Below are positions 12,301 through 22,471 of a stretch of DNA of 64,000 nt, one piece after another. The stretch's first letter is position 1, and every line of letters begins with the position of its first letter. The notes under the pieces were generated by a model. The model saw nothing but the letters and a program-made list of their open reading frames with translations, ran no database searches and was not told the origin of the DNA. Made by a program: the position numbers and the translations under genes. The stretch is from Phoronis australis (lineage: Eukaryota; Animalia; Phoronida), in the NCBI GenBank assembly GCA_002633005.1, contig NMRA01000177.1, positions 698,059 to 762,058 of the forward strand, in the 5' to 3' direction.

Positions 12301-13241
12301 TTTTCTGTTCTATGTCGTAGTTATGGAGATGGTTGGAGAACAATTGTCAATACCAACTGCAGGTCAGTTCATATCCTTTACTACTTGAAGAAACTACTGG
12401 AGATGAGTGGAGCGGTAGAGGTGGCGGAGAAGGAATTTGACTTCAAGGCGACATCTGAAGGCAGGTTTTATGAACTGGTTATCCAACTGCGTCACCCAGA
12501 ATCAACGGGCACCAGCATGTTTTAGCATGTCAAAATACACTCTTCCTTGGGTAAAGAAAATAGCTCACGTGGCTAAAACTATCGTTATTTCATTACTTTG
12601 CTGCTCAATTTGTGGAGCCCAAATTGTTCGAGACCCATGCAATGTAGCCGATTTCTCAATCAACTTCTCGTTCCAGCAGGTTGTGTACGGTTTAGCTTAC
12701 AACAAATTACCAGCAGCAGCGGCGGCGGCGGCAGCAGCAGCAACCGAGTCGAGTGAACATTAGACTAAACATGCATATGTTCCACATCAGGGGTTGAGGC
12801 AGGGAACCAGTCAGCTGCAATGGCAGCTACCTTCATGATGAACTTAGCCTCAGAACAATGATGTATCAGCACTTTGACAAGGCCTACCTAAGTGTCTAAA
12901 CCCAGCCCAAGTTGCTAGTGTATGAAAATTTGGTTGCCGTTTGGATTTTCTTCATGATTACATGCAACATACAATGTAAGTGGTAAACGCATTGCGAAAA
13001 GTCTAAGAATCATCACTGCCAGATCTTGAAAAAGGGAATATATTTTTCAGGCACCTTCGATCTGTCCGATTACAACGGCAACGTGGTGAATATGCCACTA
13101 CACCAGTGGGAGCTGATGTCGCCATACCTGAAACCACGTGAGGAATACGTCGTCGTCTATACCCACCCGGTCGATGGAACCATACCGGTCTACTCTAAGG
13201 AGCAGAGTATACAGCTGTTCCCGCACTTTTTCGGTGTGTGA
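9377..13241 (+). CDS. C22orf15/CXorf65-family (Pfam Il2rg-like) small protein, 3 exons, ~115 aa
   Basis: Exons 9377-9393, 12321-12460 and 13051-13241 join in phase (348 nt): MFIWVSYGDGWRTIVNTNCRSVHILYYLKKLLEMSG...TFDLSDYNGNVVNMP...YLKPREEYVVVY...FFGV*. This matches the family pattern MFIxVxxG...vNxxC...DLxDxxGxV...LxxRxxYvlV. Intron 2 requires a GC donor (AAG|GCAGGT). Confidence 0.75.
10357..12106. mobile_element. Non-autonomous TIR element with TG...CA ends and 4-bp TSD (Ginger-like), host of a nested Kolobok
   Basis: ~72-bp inverted repeats at 10357-10428 (tgctgtacgtgaacttggaatcctgcttaatctcaagattaagc...) and 12035-12106, with GAAT directly on both flanks. Related TIR fragments occur at ~25230-25313 and ~25555-25614. 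Confidence 0.6.
10700..12020 (+). mobile_element. Kolobok-like DNA transposon derivative with decayed THAP and transposase N-terminus; ~310-bp inverted ends
   Basis: TTAA|AGGCGAAGG...CCTTCGCCT|TTAA (TTAA TSD, AG termini). THAP remnants PRCCYVPGC...RFPKD...W...KHF...LKKGTIPSL, followed by ELFGRCQVCG...G...WECVAGH. Inverted repeats at 10700-11011 and 11710-12020. Confidence 0.8.
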
Positions 13242-13502
13242 GGAATAATGCACTCGGGTGATAAAATTGATACGATGTCTTTAGCGGTTGAAGGGAGCCA
13301 TTGCACCTAGGGAGACAGTTGTTAAGTTTACTCGTTCGAAATGATGTAGCTTAGAACATTCCACATCTCTTAATTGCGATCCGTTTCATAAAAAGCGACT
13401 GAAAAAGCTGCTTTAAACAATATGTTCTGAGTGTTAAAGACTTGAACTTTCTTCAAAGGCGTATCTGGTCTCCCAAAGCACCGTTCGCTTTCTTACCCCT
13501 TG

Positions 13503-14560
13503 TTATGCACCCACGAGTGGGTTCAGCACCCACGAGGGGTTCAGCACCCACGAGTGGGTGCATTATGACGTCATCTCCGTCAGTCTGTCCGTCCGTCCGA
13601 CGACCACTGCTGTATCTCAAAAAACCACCTGATGGATGTTCGTGACAATTTACTTGCAAGCTCACAACACAAAATGGGACGGCACCAGCGGATTCTCGAA
13701 TGAATGACAATTTTAGTGTTTACGCTTGACTCTGTGTCTTCGGAGTTCTTAGCGAATTTTCATGGAATTTAGTAAATAGAAATTTCTTAAGGAGAGAACT
13801 ATACCTTCTTATTTTCTAGCGGATTCAACTTGTTTTGCGCCACCTTGTGACCGTTTTTACTGTTTGCGAGTCTGTATTGTGGCGTCTGTCTCTCTACCGG
13901 CTAAACCACTCGAAGGATGTTCATGAAATTGGTGCATATATTCGTACTGGGAAGAGATCGACTGAAGATGATTTTCGGACGGCTCAGACTGCTGTGGCGC
14001 CTCCTAGTGTGAATTTTTTTTTCATTTGACAAGTGTATTTCAATGAAATTGACTGAGACCAGACATAGGCGACTTTCGGACAGATTGGACTATGGATGTG
14101 CCCCTTGGTGGCAATATTTATTTTGTACGTTTTTCTCCATATCTGCGGAGTTCCATGACGGGTTTTCCTAAAATTTGTCAAATAGGCTCTACTAAAGACA
14201 CGATGACATCTTTCCATTTTCGGATGTTTTTTGCCGTATTCGTGTGCCAACTTGTGACAATTTTTATTATTTTTCAGTCTGTCTTTTTATCGGCCAAATC
14301 ACACCAAGAATCATTTTGAAAACTGGTATATCTGTTTCTACTGGAAAGTGCATCACTCACGATGGATTTTTAACGGTTCCGACTGCTGCGGCTCCCCTGT
14401 GTGGCAAGTCTATTTTTATATGTGGCTCAGTGGATCTCCAGAAATTTGGCATATGTTTCTATCGAGTAGATTGCATCCGACATAGATTTTGGGACAAATC
14501 CGAATAATGCGGTGTCGCATATTGGCAGTATTTGTTTCCTTTTGCCTTTTCTTTGACGCG
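13503..14560 (+). mobile_element. Helentron/DINE-1-like non-autonomous interspersed repeat
   Basis: 5' ttatgcacccac...gtgggtgcattatg short inverted repeat, then a (CCGT/CTGT)n microsatellite, then recurring ttcatgaaatt(t)ggt modules. The same architecture occurs at 30473-31340 and 38320-38670. Confidence 0.6.
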
Positions 14561-15688
14561 GACCAAGTTAATTAATGAATGTTCATAAAACTCAGAAAAT
14601 AAGTTACTTTCACGTGGACAACAGAACCGATCCCGTTTCAAATGGATTTGACCTACGATGCGACCCAGTGGCCTTTCCTTTGTTTTGGTGTCCTTCGTCT
14701 TCTGCCTGCCTTATACTCCAAACTTGAAGAATCATGATGAAAGGTGGCAGGTGTGTTCCTATTGAGGAGAGCAGACTTGCTTTGCACTCCCCAGGGACTA
14801 TTAATTTATTAAGTTTACTAACGTTGTTCCGTTTCACGGGAATGTTTAAAATAATGACCACGTGTTTTATATGCGCTGCATATCAGCGCTCTGTGTTGCT
14901 CTTAACAAGTTTGAATTAAAAGTGGTTGCAATAAACCACTTGAAATTCTCTGACAGCTGTACAACCTTGGCGACTGCAACTAACCAGCCGTGACAAACAA
15001 CTCAATGGTCCAAAGAAATAATGACCTGATATTTCTTTTCAAGCTTGTCGTTTCTTATCTGAGTAAGAAAAACTAAACCGACTCATAACGGACTTAAGTC
15101 AAAAAGTTCTTTTTTGCCAGAAGGCGGCGCGGGTAATAGTAATAATTTATTCTGCTTGTTTAAAAAGCTTCCTCATACGGATTTTTGTTATAATTGCACT
15201 GTACTATCCAAATGGTCTCAGCGATAGTTTAGCAACACAAGAAAATGCGATTTAAATACTCAAATGCAGGCTCATCAACTGAATGATAAGTGCTTTTTGG
15301 CACCACCTTGCGTCACTGTGAGAACTTCAGAAACCGAAGCAGATGTTGTTCCTAGCTGTTTGACTAAAGTGAGGCTTCTCACGGCGATGTACACGAAAGT
15401 CTATCAATAAGTCTAACCGTTCATTAGTTTTGACAACTGAAGATCTCACTGGTCAGAATTACATACATCGCTGGACGGTTGTGCTGTTATAACATTTGCA
15501 GAGCATACGATAGTCAGCAATAGCGATTGACCTATTGCAAGCTCCGCCTCCTGGCGTTATGTCGACAAACAAACAATAAGTTTTACCCGGCAACGTGTTG
15601 TTTGTCGGGTAAAATGGCGGCTTGGAAACGGAAGTGTGTCAAGAATGCTGTGTTCTGATTGGTCAGTTGAGCCGTCACTCAAAATCCT

Positions 15689-15842
15689 GGCGCGCGTTCA
15701 GTAGACGCTAGGACCTACGCTAGGACCTAGCTAAAATCTAGTCAAAGTCACGTGTTCTTATTTAAAATACACGGCAATATCTCACGAAATCTCGCGAAGT
15801 CTTGCTTTTTAGCGAGGTCCTAGCGTTACTGAACGGGAGGCT
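15689..15842. mobile_element. ~150-bp MITE (copy 1 of 3)
   Basis: cgttcagtagacgctaggacct ... aggtcctagcgttactgaacg inverted ends; near-identical copies at 20634-20786 and 21192-21343. Confidence 0.8.
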
Positions 15843-16377
15843 GGCGATAGGTCGTAAGACAAGTTTTATGGCCAAAGTCGTCCGTCAAAATGTTTTTCGA
15901 AGTTTGTAGTCAATCAATTATTGAAAACCGACGTGTTGTCATTTTTGCGCATGATTCAATGCGTAGCTGTGCTCATCGTCATGTTTAGCTCGGCCGCACT
16001 TAAGACAAAAATCGAATTAAGGCGAAATGCACCATTAATAAAGCTCGATAGGTATGCAAATTTTATATGACCTTTTTCCAGAGAAACATGACTGTCTGGA
16101 TGCCAGGTCTCGTAGTAGACTGGACGTCCGCTTAACGCCGCCCCGCCGAAAGTCTCACACATCAGGTCGCAAAACGTCATCAAGTCCCAGCAACCGGCAT
16201 TTGCACAGTCGACATAAATCATCGAAGTCGCGAACGTGTATAGACTCGCACAAAAAACCCAAATCCAAGAGGCATTCGAGACTCCGTCCTGTGTAATTAC
16301 ATGAATTGCCTGGTTCTGGGAATGCACGCCCGCAAGCAGAAGGCAGTGACTGTCACTTTGGACGAAATGATACGACT

Positions 16378-17258
16378 NNNNNNNNNNNNNNNNNNNNNNN
16401 NNNNNNNNNNNNNNNNNNNNNNNNNNNNNNNNNNNNNNNNNNNNNNNNNNNNNNNNNNNNNNNNNNNNNNNNNNNNNNNNNNNNNNNNNNNNNNNNNNNN
16501 NNNNNNNNNNNNNNNNNNNNNNNNNNNNNNNNNNNNNNNNNNNNNNNNNNNNNNNNNNNNNNNNNNNNNNNNNNNNNNNNNNNNNNNNNNNNNNNNNNNN
16601 NNNNNNNNNNNNNNNNNNNNNNNNNNNNNNNNNNNNNNNNNNNNNNNNNNNNNNNNNNNNNNNNNNNNNNNNNNNNNNNNNNNNNNNNNNNNNNNNNNNN
16701 NNNNNNNNNNNNNNNNNNNNNNNNNNNNNNNNNNNNNNNNNNNNNNNNNNNNNNNNNNNNNNNNNNNNNNNNNNNNNNNNNNNNNNNNNNNNNNNNNNNN
16801 NNNNNNNNNNNNNNNNNNNNNNNNNNNNNNNNNNNNNNNNNNNNNNNNNNNNNNNNNNNNNNNNNNNNNNNNNNNNNNNNNNNNNNNNNNNNNNNNNNNN
16901 NNNNNNNNNNNNNNNNNNNNNNNNNNNNNNNNNNNNNNNNNNNNNNNNNNNNNNNNNNNNNNNNNNNNNNNNNNNNNNNNNNNNNNNNNNNNNNNNNNNN
17001 NNNNNNNNNNNNNNNNNNNNNNNNNNNNNNNNNNNNNNNNNNNNNNNNNNNNNNNNNNNNNNNNNNNNNNNNNNNNNNNNNNNNNNNNNNNNNNNNNNNN
17101 NNNNNNNNNNNNNNNNNNNNNNNNNNNNNNNNNNNNNNNNNNNNNNNNNNNNNNNNNNNNNNNNNNNNNNNNNNNNNNNNNNNNNNNNNNNNNNNNNNNN
17201 NNNNNNNNNNNNNNNNNNNNNNNNNNNNNNNNNNNNNNNNNNNNNNNNNNNNNNNNNN
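16378..17258. other. Assembly gap (881 N)
   Basis: Continuous run of N. Confidence 1.
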
Positions 17259-18534
17259 CATTTGCACCCCCCGAACTGCCAAATTGAATCTGGGAAAATT
17301 TTAGGGGGGCATGGCTCCCTTGGGCCCCCTCTAAATCCGCCACTGCTACAGTGAAGGCAGGTAGTGTGACCATGTGCTTGTAATAACTTACATGACGATA
17401 TCTCACGAATTAAAATCTTGCAATTTCTCCAGGCACTCACGTCCACAAACGCATGCCCACTTAGCCCAATTCTCTGTACCGCCCGGCTCCGTCAGTTCAG
17501 TAACCCTGTCACGGTGTCGTCCAGGACATACTTCTCGAGTTGAACGCCACTATACGTCCAGCCGGCGTCTTTTGCTTCTCAGTGTATTTTCAAAACAGTC
17601 AAAGCGTTCTTTCAACTGTGGAAACAAATCATCCCATCGTCACTTGTTGGAAATGACTCGTACAAAAAACTCAGTCTATCTTGTACCTGTGCCGCAACTA
17701 TGTTTTTGTAGCAGTTTTGAAAACAAATTCTTTCCTACTGCTGTTGTCAGTGTTGCAGACAGGCTTCGAGTGAAACTGCAAATGATTTAATTTTCCATGA
17801 CTTGCTACGCAGAGAATCAAAGAGACAAAATTCTTTTCGGCGACTGCAATTTGGTACAAAATAACACTCTTGATTGTATAGAATACAAGCATCAAAACAA
17901 TCCGAATGCGAGAAACCATTCTCACGTCACGATTAAGTTTGGTGGACGCGTGGTGTTTACATGTACGTAACCCTTGCAAGCAAACGCCTTGAGACTTTTC
18001 CTTGGTGTTCGATGACCTTCCGTCTTGGATGGGAAATGCCGAGATATCCCCAAGATACAAAAACAATCCCCGCTGTGGCATCACTACTAAGGCTCCTAAA
18101 TTTGTTTGAGGCAAAGATCTCTAGCAATTTAGTCAGTTTTTATGTGATCCAGAGTACAGCAATACGTAGAAGGGTACCAGTGAAACTGAGAAGCAATACT
18201 TGACTAACGACAATGTCTCCAACTTGCCAGTCACTCTGTCGACTCTACAGGATTCTCTTGTTTTTGAGAGGATTTTAGTAAAGATTATGCATTTTACTTT
18301 GGCAACTTATCCAGCATTCACGAAAAGATAGAGGAGCAATTGAACTTATGACTAATTGTGCTCCTGGACATTTACCCAGATTTGCAAAAAAAAGCAGGAG
18401 AACATAAACGAAACGATTGTTAGTTCGACTAAACTGACAAATTATGCTTGCTTTCTGTATACAAGAGCTACCTGGAGTGTTGAAACGAACCTACGACTGC
18501 AACGCAATTCCGTTAGCAATTTTAGTCATAAAAA

Positions 18535-18865
18535 CGGTCATTAGATGTCACATGTGCGCTACTGGACATGATTTTAATACGGACGATTTTACTATCTTAG
18601 ACTGTGAGGGAGACTGGTTCAAAAGGGGTGTAAAGGAAGTTCTCCATGAGCGCATTGAGAGTCCCTCTTTAAATAAAAGAGGCGGTTTACGATTCGATTT
18701 GTCACACGTATGGGATGGTGTACTGACGTCAATGCCGCGCCGTTTAGCCAAAACGCCACCAATTGGCCAGAATTACGATAACGTCACAAGCCAAGCTGAA
18801 GTCCGTGAGATGAGGACGCAACGTCGCTAATTTTTGTGAGTTTTTATTCCAGTATTAGACTCAAA
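18535..18865 (+). mobile_element. Penelope-like retroelement remnant (GIY-YIG C-terminus)
   Basis: HMCATGHDFNTDDFTILDCEGDWFKRGVKEVLHERIESPSLNKRGGLRFDLSHVWD has the typical GIY-YIG tail H..F....IL..E..W..R..KE...I....P.LN..G. It is paralogous to 3495-3950. Confidence 0.8.
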
Positions 18866-19703
18866 TTTGATCTATTGAAATAACATGCGCAAAAGGTATT
18901 GCGTTAAAGCAAATACAAAATACGACTATATTATAAACCTACTAGCAAAATCTGGGATATCATGAACAGGCAAGGATATACGTACTTTGCAGTATAGATC
19001 AATGACCCCATGACGCCCATACTACACTCATGATGACATTTCACCGTTCACCTACACAACACCATAATCCAATAATTTTCTACAATGGCCCCTGTTCACG
19101 TAAATGTGTAATAAAAAATCCAAGCTGGTCTATCGTAGTCGAGTAAACACCGGCTTTTCAAAATTCGTTCCTTATCAAACAAGCAAACAATACCAAAATC
19201 TGGTTCAGACACATGCTAATGTTAATTAAAAAAAAATGCAGGTCTTGGAAAATTATTTAAATGTGCACATGGTTCTGTTCAGCTCAGACACGGTTGCGGT
19301 GTCGAAAGTAAGGTAAGCGATTTCATCAACAGATCGATGTATGTCACAGATTATCTCCACATACGAATTATTCAGACTTTCCGATTTTTATATATTTTTC
19401 TTTTACAAGTGTCGACCAAAAGTGCGGAGGCTTGAATAGATAAATTTGGAACCCCATGAATACCAGATCTAAAGTGTTTCTTGAAATTATCGGCTTCGGC
19501 CTTATGTCGCTTCTGAGCTGCGACACCATCTTTTCATCAAGAACAGTAGGTGACTTCATCCGGGTTCTTTTTGGTTATATTTAAAAATTATTGCCTTGCA
19601 TGTGAGCGTTGAATCGACGAGAAGACGAGAAAATCCCACAAGCGGTCGGAGTGTTGACCGACGCCAATGTTATTTTCAAGTGTCCTTACCTTTTTTCAGA
19701 ATC

Positions 19704-22446
19704 ATGCTCAACATGAAAGTTGCCAGTTTAATCTTACTGTCAGCGTGCGCTGTCGTAAACGGATATCTCGGTTTGGATAGATTCGACGACAGCTTTATTA
19801 GAGGCATCAGCTCGATGTTCTATTATCGGGGACTACAGAATCACCAGTATGCCGTAGGCGTTTTAAACTCGGGAGGAGACTCTTCGAAAAACCCACTCCA
19901 TCCTTGCTACAGGGAATCGGGCAGCAAATACCTTGACAAGGCCAGGTGGTACACTATGGATGCCCCCGTTCGCTGGCAAAACTTCTGGGCGCGCGAACGC
20001 ATTAAGGGCGACGTGAACATCCATGCAGAGATTCAGGTTTTGGACGCCCTCCCTGGCGTAATGAGACAGTTTGGCGATACTGTGAAGTAAGTTGGGTATA
20101 ACTAAACTATGGGCAATTAGACCCTTCCTGCAACAAAGAACTAATTTTTAATTCAGCGTTCACATGCCGTCTTATCAGGTCGACTGATCTTCCACTTGTT
20201 CCAACAAAAAACAAATGCATTTCAATGATCGTCAGATCTCAGGGGCCCAATTCTCGAATTGTATACTGGCAAACGTTTGGGTCGAGTTTTTAACATCCAA
20301 ACGAGCAGGCTAGAGATTTGAAATTTGCCTTCAGGTTTTAGGCAGGTTTTCAGAATTCTTACCTAAGCCTAATTAAATGAAATCTGCGAGAAACAGCCGC
20401 CTACCATGACATCAATTGTTGCTATCGCCTCAGAGCGACTGATGATATCTATGGTGACAGTTTATGTCGTAAGAACCCCTGCTGATCTGTCATCCTATTG
20501 CCCAATCACATCGATCTTCTCCCTGTGATTTGTAGTTATGGGTCTCTTCATGTTCACGGTAATCGTTGTGATTGGCCAAAATATTAATTTCAAGTAAAGC
20601 CGGAAACTAAGTAAGACGACTTTGCAAACCCTGGCGTGCGTTCAGTAGACGCTAGGACCTACGCTAGGAGCTAGCTAAAAGCTAGTCAAAGTCACGTGTT
20701 CTCATTTAAAATGCACGGCATTATCTCACGTAATCTCGCGAAGTCTTGCCTTTTAGCGAAGTCCTAGCGTTACTGAACGGGAGGCTGATTTTAACGTTTG
20801 GTCTGCCACATTTTAGAGCAATACCACATCCCATCGTGATATCATTAACATTTGAATAGCCGTGCGCGTCTGTGTCCTGCCTTTCGCTATCCAGGTGCTT
20901 CACGAATCACCACTTTTATTGCATGCCCACGATAATCGCACGTGATTGACCAGAATATTGACTTCACAGAAAGGCGGTAACTAGGTAGGACGACATTGTA
21001 AACTTGGTTTTAACGTCTCTTATCTTTTTAATCGAAATGGAACTCGAAATTATAGTGCCGTTTACACCAAAAGTTGACAAAGAACTAGTTGTTTCAGTGT
21101 GAAAACGGCACTGACACGGAGCGAATTGACACCCCGGTGAAAACTTTTGCCACCCGTTTGTGAGGTGGAGCAATTTGCGCTACAACACCTTGCGTGCGTT
21201 CAGTAGACGCTAGGACCTACGGTAGGACCTAGCTAAAACCTGGTAAAAGTCACGTGTTCTCATTTAAAATGCACGGCAATATCTCACGTAATCTCGCGAA
21301 GTCTTGCTTTTTAGCGAGGTCCTAGCGTTACTGAACGGGAGGCTTGCTTCGTGTCAATTATGTGTCTAAACGCGAAACTGGGGCAAGGCGGAAAGGATCA
21401 TCTCTACTGCGCTTGTGTAATGACCTCAACATGGGTTCTTTGTCTCTTCAACTCCCGTGATTTCTAAACCTACGCATGTGTGATACACTCTCCAGCCTAC
21501 AATTTCCGTCTTGCCACAGTTAGTGAGTTTTGTGTGTGAACGGACGCTTGACACCGATCAATTTGCTCCGTGTCAGTTGCGCCGGGCCAAAAGTTGATGT
21601 CTAAAGGGGACTTATGTTTGGCATTTTCTACTCTAGGCCTACTTTTGTGCGAACTCAAGATAAGTGTCTATTATTCTATGCTCGATTACATAAGGAATTA
21701 CGTGGATAATTTATATTAGTCCTAGTTTGCAGTTGATAAACCCAACATTAATGCTAAAATCTCGAGTTTTCACTCTAGTTTGCAGCACGAATATAAAGGT
21801 CTTCAAGTGCAAACGTGGACTAGAAACTCATGTGCATAAACTATAATGTATTCGAGTACAGTCCGATAACCAGCTATCGTGAGTTCGCACAAAAGGAGCA
21901 GAGAAATTGCCAGAAATAATTTCGAGTTCATTTCAAGTACAAAGATTAGAGACGGGGCCCCCTGGCACTCTCTCGTTAGAACCTGGAAACATCTTTACAC
22001 ACCAGGGCTGAGTTGCATAAAGCTTCAAAAGATATCCGCTGGATAAGTTTGATTGTTGCATGACGTCATGTGCATTGTTCAACAATAACAACGTGTCGCG
22101 TGATAGTGCGACGTCATTGTTGCTATACGGCGTTTAACTTTTATGCAACTGGGCCCTGATATATTTCAGAGAAATCCACATGTACACACAACTGTCACCG
22201 TGCGAGCGATGTACCAATCGTATTGAACAATTTGCAAGGGAACACCCGACTGTGAATTTCTATATTGGTTACGACTACGTATTCACGCACGAGGAAGACC
22301 CAACCGGCCAAATAGCTTTGGACTACGCTAAAGCACGCTTTAGACCCTTGAAGAACCTGTGGTTTGATCAAGTTGCTGATCCTACTAAGGGACCAGGGAT
22401 GAGTTGCAGCTATGTAACAGGACGCAATGAAAACACCGTGTTCTAA
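19704..22446 (+). CDS. Secreted AID/APOBEC-like Zn-dependent deaminase (SNAD-like), 2 coding exons, ~219 aa
   Basis: Exon 19704-20086 (donor AA|GTAAGT) and exon 22170-22446 (acceptor TTTCAG|A) join in phase (660 nt). N-terminal signal-like MKVASLILLSACAVVNG; HAE at 20022-20030; EIHMYTQLSPCERC with SPCxxC at 22195-22212; no internal stops; AATAAA at 22466. Confidence 0.88.
20634..20786. mobile_element. ~150-bp MITE (copy 2), in deaminase intron
   Basis: Same sequence and inverted ends as 15689-15842. Confidence 0.8.
21192..21343. mobile_element. ~150-bp MITE (copy 3), in deaminase intron
   Basis: Same sequence and inverted ends as 15689-15842. Confidence 0.8.
21619..21912. mobile_element. 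Fold-back MITE-like element in deaminase intron
   Basis: cttttgtgcgaactcaagata (~21644) pairs with tatcgtgagttcgcacaaaag (~21875), and there are inner imperfect inverted segments. Confidence 0.55.
22003..22158. mobile_element. Harbinger-like MITE abutting the deaminase exon-2 acceptor
   Basis: cagggctgagttgcataaaag (22003) versus cttttatgcaactgggccctg (ends 22158) are inverted termini. Confidence 0.6.
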
Positions 22447-22465
22447 CGGAGTAAATTATTGAACT

Positions 22466-22471
22466 AATAAA
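22466..22471 (+). promoter_or_regulatory. Putative polyadenylation signal of the deaminase gene
   Basis: AATAAA 20 nt after the TAA stop at 22444-22446. Confidence 0.5.

Noticed and set aside
15956-17446. Long 300-500 aa ORFs in the track
   Set aside because: They consist mostly of the N gap. The flanking 139-codon minus-strand open stretch has no motif I can recognise.
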